Of a DNA stretch of 40,754 nt, positions 8,925-16,930 are shown one piece after another. The stretch lies in the IMG/VR virus record IMGVR_UViG_3300012172_000008, positions 1 to 40,754 of that record; one strand, given 5' to 3'. This DNA comes from a virus. Lineage: Duplodnaviria > Caudoviricetes. The notes under the pieces are model-generated. The model was not told the origin of the DNA, searched no databases, and saw nothing but the letters and a program-made list of their open reading frames with translations. The position numbers were made by a program, and so were the translations under genes. Positions within the stretch are counted from its first letter, which is position 1. Every line of letters begins with the position of its first letter.

Positions 8925-9311
8925 GTGGTCCAGTACGACAGCTCGAAGACCGATTCTGGAGCCCGGCGGGAGTCCCCTGTCCGGGCTCCGGCCGTCTGCT
9001 CGCGGTGTGCGCGCGAGCACCAGCGAAGCCACCGGTACTGCACCGAGTGCTTCGCCGCCTACATGCGGGTCTACCGCCAGGCGCACCCCGACCAGCAGGA
9101 CGAGCGCCACCGCGCGCGGCGGCGAATGGGGATGCGCAAGACGCGGGGGCGGATCGCCCCTCCGCCGGCGTGCACGAGCTGCGGCGCCGCCCGCCGGCTG
9201 GAGATGCATCACCCGGACTACGGCCAGCCGACGGATGTCGCCTGGCTCTGCCGCGCGTGCCATCTGGCCGAACACGGCAAAGCGCCAGCCCCTGGCCAGG
9301 AGGCGTCATGA
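8925..9311 (+). CDS. HNH-like zinc-binding protein (128 aa)
   Basis: CSRC, CTEC, CTSCG...HHPDYGQPTDVAWLCRACHLAEH; GGGGGAG RBS before GTG. Confidence 0.7.
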   Translation: MVQYDSSKTDSGARRESPVRAPAVCSRCAREHQRSHRYCTECFAAYMRVYRQAHPDQQDERHRARRRMGMRKTRGRIAPPPACTSCGAARRLEMHHPDYGQPTDVAWLCRACHLAEHGKAPAPGQEAS

Positions 9312-9766
9312 AGACCCCCGCCAAGGTCACTGAATGCCCCGACTGCAACGGGGAGGGGCGCCGCAACTGCGGATCGTGTGACGGGACTGGCCTGCCTTAC
9401 GGCTGGAACAGCAGCTCCGTCTGCACGAGCTGTTACGGCTCGGGCAACGGCGAGGAGTGCGAGGCGTGCGGCGGGTCCGGCCAGGTGGAGCTGCCCGCCG
9501 ACGACGAGCTGGACGCTGACCAGGCCGCCGCCGACGCCGCCGACGCCCCGCGCGCGCCGCGCGCGCTGCTGCCCGAGCGCGCCGCCGCCTTCGTGCGCGA
9601 CGAGCGCGGCCTCGAGGTCGTCGAGCGCGCGATCCTGACCGGCCTGATCATCGGCCTGCTGGCCATCGTGATCTGGATCGGCATGTGGGCCGTCCGCAAG
9701 ATCGGCGTGCTCGAGTCGGGCCTGTCCGGGCAGCCGACGGTCGTGCGCGAGAGGGGGGTCCATTGA
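9308..9766 (+). CDS. DnaJ-type zinc finger fused to an Flp-prepilin-like membrane segment (152 aa)
   Basis: Four CxxCxGxG motifs, acidic linker, then FVRDERG|LEVVERAILTGLIIGLLAIVIWIG; ATGA overlap. Confidence 0.7.
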   Translation: MKTPAKVTECPDCNGEGRRNCGSCDGTGLPYGWNSSSVCTSCYGSGNGEECEACGGSGQVELPADDELDADQAAADAADAPRAPRALLPERAAAFVRDERGLEVVERAILTGLIIGLLAIVIWIGMWAVRKIGVLESGLSGQPTVVRERGVH

Positions 9767-10038
9767 ACCCACTCGAGCGCGCCGTCGCCGTCGAGGCCGA
9801 GGCCTGGAGCCAGCACATGCTGCGCCCCGAGGACCCCGGCGCCTACCAGGCCTGGGTCGCGGCCGCGCAGGCCAAGCGCGCCGCGCTCAAGGCCGACCGC
9901 GGCGCGCGCGTGCTCTCCGACCCGGCGAGCAACGTGCTGTTCATGGTCGTCTGCTCCGCCCTCGCGACGCTGGCCCTGGGCTCCATCGTCGCGCTCGGCT
10001 GGCAGACCGCGGCGCGGTGGTGGGGAGGCGGCCCGTGA
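9763..10038 (+). CDS. Membrane protein (91 aa)
   Basis: TTGA overlap start; C-terminal TM segment VLFMVVCSALATLALGSIVALGW. Confidence 0.6.
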   Translation: MNPLERAVAVEAEAWSQHMLRPEDPGAYQAWVAAAQAKRAALKADRGARVLSDPASNVLFMVVCSALATLALGSIVALGWQTAARWWGGGP

Positions 10039-10224
10039 CCGCCACCGACCCCGACCGCGCCGCGCTGCCGCGGTGCCCACGCTGCAAGGGTGAAGGCCGC
10101 ATCGACCAGCTGAAGCAAGCGGCGTCAACGTGGGAGATCGAGCACGGCCTGCTCTGCGATGTCTGCCTAGGCCGCGGCGAGCTGCGTCCACTCGCGAGGC
10201 GGGAGAGTGGCCCGTGACCGCCAC
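10030..10224 (+). repeat. 16-bp direct repeat GGCCCGTGACCGCCAC bracketing the 60-aa Zn-finger gene
   Basis: Exact copies at 10030-10045 and 10209-10224, each containing the GTGA stop/start junction. Confidence 0.85.
10035..10217 (+). CDS. Small DnaJ-like zinc-finger protein (60 aa)
   Basis: CPRCKGEG...CDVCLGRG; GTGA overlaps at both ends. Confidence 0.65.
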   Translation: MTATDPDRAALPRCPRCKGEGRIDQLKQAASTWEIEHGLLCDVCLGRGELRPLARRESGP

Positions 10225-11179
10225 ACTCGATCCCAAGCTGCGCAACGGCATCGGCAGCAGCGAGGTCGCGATGCTCTTCGGCTGCTCGCCATACGGCGGG
10301 CCGCTCGAGCTGTTCATGCGCATCGTGCACCCCGAGCGGCGCGCGGCCACGAAGGCGCAGCGCCGCGGGATCGCCGCCGAGCGCTTCCTCGCCCAGGAGT
10401 ACGCCGAGCGGCACGGGCTGTGGATCGCCGACGAGCAGGCGTTCCCGGACCCGGAGACGAACGAGCGCAACGGCGACTTCCTGTGGTGTCCGCCGACGCA
10501 GCGCCACCCGGAGCACGCCCGGCTCATCGCCTCGACCGATCGTGTGGCTGTTCGCGGCGGGCGCGTCGAGCGCCTGGTCGAGATCAAGACTGGGCGCTGG
10601 GGCGATGGGTGGGAAGACCCGGACGAGGTCCCCGACGGCGTGCCCATGCACTACGCCTGCCAGGTGTTGCACCAGCTGCTGGTCGGCGTCGATGTCGATG
10701 GCCAGCACCACTGGCCCGAGGAGGCCACGCTCGTCGCCTCAATCGGGCACCTCGACGACTACCGCGAGTACACGTTCCGCCGCGCGCCGAAGTTCGAGGC
10801 CGAGGTCGTGCGACGCGTCGAGGCCTTCTGGCGCGACCACGTCGAGCCGCGGCGCCCGCCTGAATACGACGGCAGCGCCGCCGGCGAGCGCCTGCTGAAG
10901 ACGGCCTATCCATTCAACCGCATCGCGTCGATGCCCACGCGCGTGCACCCAGGCTCGCCGGCCGCCGCAAAGGCCGCCGCGCTGCGCCGCGCCGAGCTCG
11001 CCAAGGAGCGTGCCGCGCACGGCTACGCCGTCGCCGAGCAGCTCGTGCGCGACGAGATCGGTGACCGCGCCGGCATCGATGGCGAGGGCTTCCGCATCAC
11101 CTGGCGCGCCAACCGCGCCGGCGTCCGCGCCTTCCGAGCCGAGTTCGACCCCAGCTTCCCCGATGGAGTTCGCCCGTGA
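10214..11179 (+). CDS. YqaJ/lambda-exonuclease-like recombination nuclease (321 aa)
   Basis: RNGIGSSEVAMLFGCSPY, RGIAAE, ASTDR...VEIKT, VPMHYACQVLHQL, FWRDHVE..RPP. Confidence 0.9.
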   Translation: MTATLDPKLRNGIGSSEVAMLFGCSPYGGPLELFMRIVHPERRAATKAQRRGIAAERFLAQEYAERHGLWIADEQAFPDPETNERNGDFLWCPPTQRHPEHARLIASTDRVAVRGGRVERLVEIKTGRWGDGWEDPDEVPDGVPMHYACQVLHQLLVGVDVDGQHHWPEEATLVASIGHLDDYREYTFRRAPKFEAEVVRRVEAFWRDHVEPRRPPEYDGSAAGERLLKTAYPFNRIASMPTRVHPGSPAAAKAAALRRAELAKERAAHGYAVAEQLVRDEIGDRAGIDGEGFRITWRANRAGVRAFRAEFDPSFPDGVRP

Positions 11180-11853
11180 CCACGACCACCACACCCGCCG
11201 CCGTCGAAGTCGTCGAGCGGCAGCTCCCTCAGGTCGCCGAGAAGGCCAAGGCCTTCGTCACGATCACGGACGACGCGACCATGGAGCGCGCGGGCACCTT
11301 CCTGGTGCACGAGGTCAAGGCGATGCTGAAGCTCGCAGACGAGGCCTTCGACCCGATCATCAGCGCGGCCCACAAGACCCACAAGCTGGCCGTCGAGAAG
11401 AAGAAAATCAGCACGGCCGGCTTGCTCGAGGCCGAGCGCGTCGTCAAGGCCGCCATCGCGCGCTACGCCGAGACGAAGCGCGCGGCTGCTGCTGCCGAGC
11501 AGCGCCGCATCGAGGCCGAGGCGCGGCAGCGCGCCGAAGACGAGCGCGAGAAGCAGGCGCTCGCACTCGCGGAGGCCGGCCACGCCAAGGCCGCCGACGC
11601 GCTGATCGAAGCGCCGCTGGTCGTCGAGCAGCCGGCGCCCGTCGTCGCGCCGGTCGCGCCGAAGGGCGTGTCTGTGCGCACCGTGTTCAAGTTCAGGATC
11701 GTCGACCCCAGCAAGATCAACTCGGCCTTCATGACCCCGAACGAGACGGCCATCGCCACGATGGTCCGCAGCCAGGGCGTGGGGGCCATCGCGATCGTCG
11801 GCGCCGGCATCGAGGTCTACGAAGAGTCCGTCGTCAGCTCGCGCGCCTCGTAG
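11176..11853 (+). CDS. Coiled-coil protein of the recombination module
   Basis: Long E/A/R-rich helix, then GVSVRTVFKFRIVD...GIEVYEE C-terminal motif; sits between the exonuclease and SSAP genes. Confidence 0.75.
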   Translation: MTTTTTPAAVEVVERQLPQVAEKAKAFVTITDDATMERAGTFLVHEVKAMLKLADEAFDPIISAAHKTHKLAVEKKKISTAGLLEAERVVKAAIARYAETKRAAAAAEQRRIEAEARQRAEDEREKQALALAEAGHAKAADALIEAPLVVEQPAPVVAPVAPKGVSVRTVFKFRIVDPSKINSAFMTPNETAIATMVRSQGVGAIAIVGAGIEVYEESVVSSRAS

Positions 11854-11880
11854 CGCCGAGCCCTTTCCCCGGGAGCAGCA

Positions 11881-12606
11881 ATGAGCAATCCAGCAGCAGC
11901 AGCCGCGGCGCCGCCGGCCACCATGGCCGTCGCGCGCACCGCGCAGAACAGCGTCCTCGTCCGCATGGCCGAGCGCCTCGGCATCGAGCCGAAGGTGCTC
12001 GAGGGCATCGTCAAGCAGACGCTGATGCCCAACGGCAAGAACGACCCGCCAGCGACGAACGAAGAGATCGCGGCCTTCCTGATCGTGGCCGACCGCTACC
12101 AACTCGACCCGATTCTGAAGCAGATCTACGCCTTCCGCGGGCAGAACGGGAACATCGTCCCGATCGTGCCCATCGACGGGTGGATCACGATCGTGAACCG
12201 GCACGCGAAGTACCGCGGCGTGGAGCAGTTCGACCAGATCGAAGAGGGCGAGCTGATCGCCGTCAGGACCAGCTTCCACGTCGACGGCCTGGTCGCGCCG
12301 GTGACGGTCACCGAGTACATGGCCGAGTGCAAGCGCAACACCAGCCCGTGGGGGCAGTGGCCGGCGCGAATGCTGCGGCACAAGTCCTACATCCAGGGCG
12401 CGCGCTACGCCTTCGGGATCTCGGGGATCTACGACCCCGACGAGGGCGAGCGACTCATCGAGGCCACGGCCGTCGTGTCGAAGCCCGCGCCTGGCCAGAG
12501 CCGCGTTGCGCAGCTGGAGGCCACGCTGGCCGAGCCCGAGCCCGACGCGGCCGCGCCGGCCGAGGGCGACCTCGACGAGGTGCGCGAGTCGGGCAGCGAC
12601 GGCTGA
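11881..12606 (+). CDS. bet: Single-strand annealing protein, Bet/RecT family
   Basis: FLIVADRYQLDPILKQIYAF, IVPIVPIDGWITIVN, PWGQWPARMLRHK..IQ.ARYAFG.SGIYDPDE match lambda Bet motifs. Confidence 0.93.
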   Translation: MSNPAAAAAAPPATMAVARTAQNSVLVRMAERLGIEPKVLEGIVKQTLMPNGKNDPPATNEEIAAFLIVADRYQLDPILKQIYAFRGQNGNIVPIVPIDGWITIVNRHAKYRGVEQFDQIEEGELIAVRTSFHVDGLVAPVTVTEYMAECKRNTSPWGQWPARMLRHKSYIQGARYAFGISGIYDPDEGERLIEATAVVSKPAPGQSRVAQLEATLAEPEPDAAAPAEGDLDEVRESGSDG

Positions 12607-14087
12607 TGCTCATCCGAGCGGCGGACCTCTTCTGCGGCGCGGGCGGGAGCAGCACCGGTCTCGCCCGCGCGTGCGAACGCGCCGGCGCGCGTCTCCAGCT
12701 GACGGCGATCAACCACTGGGACGTGGCGGTCGAGACGCACGCGACCAACCATCCCGACGCGCGGCACCTGTGCACGACGCTCGACGCAGTCGACCCGCGC
12801 AAGGCGTGCCCAGAGCGGCTCGACCTGCTCATCGCGAGCCCCGAGTGCACGCACCACAGCAACGCTCGGGGCGGCAAGCCGCGTCAGGAGCAGAGTCGCG
12901 CGTCGGCCTGGAAGGTCGTCGACTGGGCGGCCGCGCTGCGCCCGCGCGAGATCCTGGTCGAGAACGTGCCGGAGTTCCGGACGTGGGGGCCACTGAGCGA
13001 GCGCGGCGCGGTGCTCAAGCGCCGCCGCGGCGAGACCTACCAGGCGTGGCTCGCTGCGCTGCGCAGCCTCGGCTACGTCGTCCAGGAGCGGCTGCTCATC
13101 TCGGCCGACTACGGCGACCCGACGACGCGGCGACGGCTCTTCGTGCGCGCCAGGCTCGGATCGCGCGCGCCGACCTGGCCGATTCCCTCGCACGCCCGGC
13201 CGGGCGTCGACCCGGTCCTCGGACTCCCCGCCTGGCGCGCGGCACGGCAGGTGATCGACTGGCAGCTGCCCGGGCGCTCGATCTTCGGCCGGAGGAAGCC
13301 GCTGGCCGAGGCGACGCTTCGCCGGATCGAGGAGGGGCTGCGCCGATTCGGTGGTGCGGCCGCCGAGCCGTTCCTCGTGCTGCTGCGTGGCACCTCGAGC
13401 GCGCGCAGTGTGGACGCGCCCGTGCCGGCGCTGACGGCCGGCGGTGAGCACGTCGGCTTGGCGCGGCCTTACCTCGTGCCCTTCTACGGCGAGCGCGACG
13501 GTCAAGCGCCGCGGACGCACGACGTCGAGGCACCGATCCCCACGTTGCCGGCGTCTCCGAAGTTCGGCCTGGTCGAGCCCTTCCTGCTCTCGCAGGGTGG
13601 GGGTGGCGTGCCGCGCCCGGTCTCCCAGCCATCACCGACCATCGTGGCGAAGGGAGCCGTGCAGCTCGTGCAGCCATTCGTCCTGCACGTCAACCACGGC
13701 GACAATCCGGCTGGCAGCGGGCGTGGCAACGGCGGTCGCACGCGCTCGATCGAGCAGCCGCTGCCGACCGTGACGGGCGGCTCGCGTGGACTGGCGGTCG
13801 CGCAGCCCTTCCTCGTGCCCTACTACGGCACCGGGGTCCCGCGGCAGGTCAGCGAGCCAGTGCCCACGGTGACGGCGAAGGACCGCTACGGCCTCGTCGA
13901 ACCGGCGCGCCTCGACATCCTCTTCCGGATGCTGCAGCCGCACGAGCTGGCCGCGGCCATGGGGTTCCCCGTCGACTACCGCTTCGCGGGTCGGCGTGAG
14001 GACGTGGTTCGACAAATCGGAAACGCCGTGAGCGTGGGCTTGGCCGAGGCCCTGTGTTCGGCCGCAATCGCTGAGCGCGCTGCGTGA
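12606..14087 (+). CDS. DNA cytosine-C5 methyltransferase (orphan, 493 aa)
   Basis: DLFCGAGG (motif I), SPEC (IV), ENV (VI), RRRLF (VIII), AMGFP..Y (IX), QIGNAV (X); TGATG overlap. Confidence 0.93.
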   Translation: MLIRAADLFCGAGGSSTGLARACERAGARLQLTAINHWDVAVETHATNHPDARHLCTTLDAVDPRKACPERLDLLIASPECTHHSNARGGKPRQEQSRASAWKVVDWAAALRPREILVENVPEFRTWGPLSERGAVLKRRRGETYQAWLAALRSLGYVVQERLLISADYGDPTTRRRLFVRARLGSRAPTWPIPSHARPGVDPVLGLPAWRAARQVIDWQLPGRSIFGRRKPLAEATLRRIEEGLRRFGGAAAEPFLVLLRGTSSARSVDAPVPALTAGGEHVGLARPYLVPFYGERDGQAPRTHDVEAPIPTLPASPKFGLVEPFLLSQGGGGVPRPVSQPSPTIVAKGAVQLVQPFVLHVNHGDNPAGSGRGNGGRTRSIEQPLPTVTGGSRGLAVAQPFLVPYYGTGVPRQVSEPVPTVTAKDRYGLVEPARLDILFRMLQPHELAAAMGFPVDYRFAGRREDVVRQIGNAVSVGLAEALCSAAIAERAA

Positions 14088-14146
14088 CAGCGCGTCTCTA
14101 GGTCAGGCCGGCCGTGGCGGCCGGCGTTCAACGTGGAGGGGACGGA

Positions 14147-15004
14147 GTGGCAGTCAAATCGAAGGCGACCGACGAGCAAGTACTCGCTGCGTACCGCACG
14201 CACCGCAGCGTCTGGAAGGCCGCGCGGGCTCTAGGCCTGTGCGGTCAGTCGGTTCACGAGCGGCTCGTCAAGCTCGGCGCGAACGTGCCGGTGCGCACAA
14301 TCACCGAGGACGAGCTCGAGCTGCTGCGGCGCGAGTACCTGATCTACCGCGACGCCGGGAAGCTGGCCGACCTGGCGAAGCGGATGGGGCGCACGAAGCC
14401 GCTGCTGTGCAGGGCCGCGCGTGCGCTGGGGCTGACGGACCGGCGTCATGCGCGCCGCTACTGCGCCGTGTGGAAACACCTCAGCGTCGAAGCCGCGGAC
14501 GTGATCTGGCAGGACTTCAAGGCGGCGCGGGCCGGGCTCGGCGCCTACTGTCGAACCAAGGGCTACGACGACCTCGGGTTCTCGCGCTGCATGAAGCTGC
14601 ATTTCGCCGACGAGTACGAGAGCGTGATCGAGGCCAAGGCGCCGCGACAGAGTCTGTATCGCTACGGCAGGCAGTTCGAGTACCGGGTGCGCGACGAGCT
14701 GCGAGGCCACGGCTACGTGGCGCTGCGCTCGCCGGCATCGAAGAGCCCGCTCGACCTGATGGTGGTGGGGCATGGGCAGGTGCTGTTCGTGCAGTGCAAG
14801 CGGCACGGCGCACTTCCGCCGGGCGAGTGGAACGAGCTGCTCGACCTGGCAGCGTCGTGCGGCGCGACGCCAATTCTCGCCCTCATGCCAGCCTCCCGCG
14901 GCATCGCCTACTTCCGGCTTACCGGACGCAAGGATGGATCGAAGCGCCGGCAGCCGATGGAGGCGTGGCAGCCAGCCGGCGCCGCGGCGGGGGCCGCTCG
15001 ATGA
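14147..15004 (+). CDS. N-terminal HTH-like repeats fused to an archaeal-type (Hjc) Holliday-junction resolvase, PD-(D/E)XK fold
   Basis: C-terminal YGRQFEYRVRDELRGHGYVALRSPASKSPLDL...LFVQCK; N-terminal SVWKAARALGLCGQSVHERL and LADLAKRMGRTK. Confidence 0.72.
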   Translation: MAVKSKATDEQVLAAYRTHRSVWKAARALGLCGQSVHERLVKLGANVPVRTITEDELELLRREYLIYRDAGKLADLAKRMGRTKPLLCRAARALGLTDRRHARRYCAVWKHLSVEAADVIWQDFKAARAGLGAYCRTKGYDDLGFSRCMKLHFADEYESVIEAKAPRQSLYRYGRQFEYRVRDELRGHGYVALRSPASKSPLDLMVVGHGQVLFVQCKRHGALPPGEWNELLDLAASCGATPILALMPASRGIAYFRLTGRKDGSKRRQPMEAWQPAGAAAGAAR

Positions 15005-15945
15005 GCAAGCTGCCACGCAGCGGCCGCGCCGCTGACCGCGCGCCGCCGGCGTTCCAGTTCTACCCCGACGACTTCCTGAACGACGACAAGGTGGCCGGGA
15101 TGTCGCTGCAGGAGATCGGCGCCTACGTGGTGCTGCTCTGCCACGCGTGGACGAACCGCGGCATCCCGTCTGACCAGGATCGGTTGAGCCGCATCCTGGG
15201 CGTCAGCCGCCCGGCGCTGGCCAAGCTCTGGCCCGCCCTGAAGCCGTGCTGGCAAGCGGCCGACGACGGGCGCCTGGTCAACCCGCGGATGGAGCGCGAG
15301 CGCGAGCTCCAGGCCGCCTACCGCGAGCAGCAAGCCGACTCCGGCCGGCGCGGTGCTCAGAAGCGATGGCATGGCGACCCCATGCGTTCGCCATCCGCAC
15401 CCGATGGCGAGCCCATCGTTTCGCCAATGGCGAACGGCATGGCGAACGATAGCTCCGCGTCCTCGTCCACTTCCGCTTCGACCGACTCGCTTCGCTCGTC
15501 GGCTGTCCCGCGCGCGCCCGCGCGGTCCCAACCTGGTCGACGGAGTGTCCCGTCGAGTCCAGGAGACCCGGGCTCCCCGACGCGGGCGTTCACCGACGGC
15601 TGGTGCGCCCGCTTCCAGGCCGCCAAGGGTGCGCCCTACGGCTTCGACGGCGCCAAGGACGGGCGGCACGCCGCGGCGATCCTGGCCCTCGCAGGGCTGC
15701 GCAAGGAGCCCGAGAGCGCCCCCGAGGAGGCCGCGGCCGCGGTCGCCACGGCGCTCGAGCGGGCCGACCGGCTGCTGGCCTCGACGGACCCCTGGTTCAT
15801 CGACAAGGGCATCGACCTGGGGACGCTGCACTCGCAGTGGAACCGCCTGGCGAGCGCCGGCCGCGGGGCGCGCGACGTGCGCGTCGGCCAGGCGCAGCCG
15901 TCGCCGCACGAAGCGTTCAAGACCACCGGGAGGGTAGACCTGTGA
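15001..15945 (+). CDS. Replication initiator, DUF1376/YdaU family (314 aa)
   Basis: PAFQFYPDDFL...MSLQEIGAYVVLLCHAW...LVNPRMERE...SGRRGAQKRW; precedes the helicase loader. Confidence 0.85.
   Translation: MSKLPRSGRAADRAPPAFQFYPDDFLNDDKVAGMSLQEIGAYVVLLCHAWTNRGIPSDQDRLSRILGVSRPALAKLWPALKPCWQAADDGRLVNPRMERERELQAAYREQQADSGRRGAQKRWHGDPMRSPSAPDGEPIVSPMANGMANDSSASSSTSASTDSLRSSAVPRAPARSQPGRRSVPSSPGDPGSPTRAFTDGWCARFQAAKGAPYGFDGAKDGRHAAAILALAGLRKEPESAPEEAAAAVATALERADRLLASTDPWFIDKGIDLGTLHSQWNRLASAGRGARDVRVGQAQPSPHEAFKTTGRVDL
15366..15448. repeat. Iteron-like repeats (ATGGCGA) inside the initiator gene; putative replication origin
   Basis: ATGGCGA at 15371, 15404, 15427, 15439; inverted TCGCCA(T) at 15388 and 15421; 23-bp unit repeated at 33-bp spacing. 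Confidence 0.6.
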
Positions 15946-16649
15946 CCGACGAACCCCTGCAGGGCCGCATCGACCACCAGGAGCGCCGGGTCGCGGCGAT
16001 CGGATCCGAGTACGACGTCGCCGGCATGGACGAGCTCACGGCGGAGGCGCTGCGCCGCATCGGCGCGCGGCAGCGCGGGCCGCGCGAGCCGGACCCGGCC
16101 GCCACGCGCGACGAGCACCGCCGGTCACTAACCGACGCCGGCGTCGTCGCCGGCCTGGCCGAGCTCGCGGTCGACGGCAACTACACCCGCACCGACGCGC
16201 TCCGGTCGCTCGACCAGCAGTTCGACGCCGGGCTGTGCTTCGTCGTGCTGTCGGGCGGAGTCGGGGTCGGGAAGTCAGCCGCGGCCGCGGTGTGGCTGCG
16301 AGAGCGCCTCGTGGCGCACGGCCGAATCTGGATGCGCTGGCTGCACGCGCACCACCTGGCGCGCGCGGCGCGCAGCGACGACGGCGACCAGGTCGCGCTG
16401 CTCGAGAAGGTCGACTTCCTGGTGCTCGACGACCTGGGGACCGAGTTCCTGGACGCCAAGGGCTGGCTCTCCGCGACGCTCGATTCGATCGTGCACCAGC
16501 GTCACGGCGCGCGGCGGCCGACCGTGGTCACGACCAACCTCGACGTCGAGGCCTTCCGCGCGCGCTACGGCGAGCGCGTGGCCGACCGGATCCGCGAGTG
16601 CGGCGCCTTCGTGCACGTCGCCGGCGGAAGCATGCGTGGCCGCGCTTGA
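15942..16649 (+). CDS. DnaC/IstB-like AAA+ helicase loader (235 aa)
   Basis: Walker A LSGGVGVGKS, Walker B LVLDDLG, TTNL...RYGERVADRI...GGSMR. Confidence 0.9.
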   Translation: MTDEPLQGRIDHQERRVAAIGSEYDVAGMDELTAEALRRIGARQRGPREPDPAATRDEHRRSLTDAGVVAGLAELAVDGNYTRTDALRSLDQQFDAGLCFVVLSGGVGVGKSAAAAVWLRERLVAHGRIWMRWLHAHHLARAARSDDGDQVALLEKVDFLVLDDLGTEFLDAKGWLSATLDSIVHQRHGARRPTVVTTNLDVEAFRARYGERVADRIRECGAFVHVAGGSMRGRA

Positions 16650-16674
16650 CTCCATGAGAGCGCAGGAGTACACC
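16646..16674 (+). promoter_or_regulatory. Putative promoter upstream of the recombinase gene
   Basis: TTGACT-17 bp-TACACC at the start of a 280-bp non-coding gap. Confidence 0.4.
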
Positions 16675-16930
16675 CGCAGTCGCGTGGTCGATCCGCAGCT
16701 CGCTGCTGCGGGTGGGCCGGCCACGCGGCAGGCGGTTCCCGGGAGCAGCGAGCGCGTGATCGCGATCAGCCCTTTTCAGCGCTCTGCCGTGCCCGCGCAA
16801 CGTCCGATAATCGTTACACCCGCTGGTACGGCGGCTGTCAGGGTTTCGCCGACAGACGCCGGAGGCGAGTGCGCGCAGAATCCGTCGCGGCATGGGGGGG
16901 CGGCGGTTGGGGGCTTGCAGGAGCGCCCTC

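Noticed and set aside
12606-15004. Type II restriction-modification pair (MTase + PD-(D/E)XK nuclease)
   Set aside because: The nuclease domain has the Hjc resolvase signature and the MTase is of the common orphan phage type; not formally excluded without assay
11868-16749. 12-bp match CCCGGGAGCAGC at 11868 and 16738
   Set aside because: Short, GC-rich, RBS-like and 4.9 kb apart around core genes; compatible with chance
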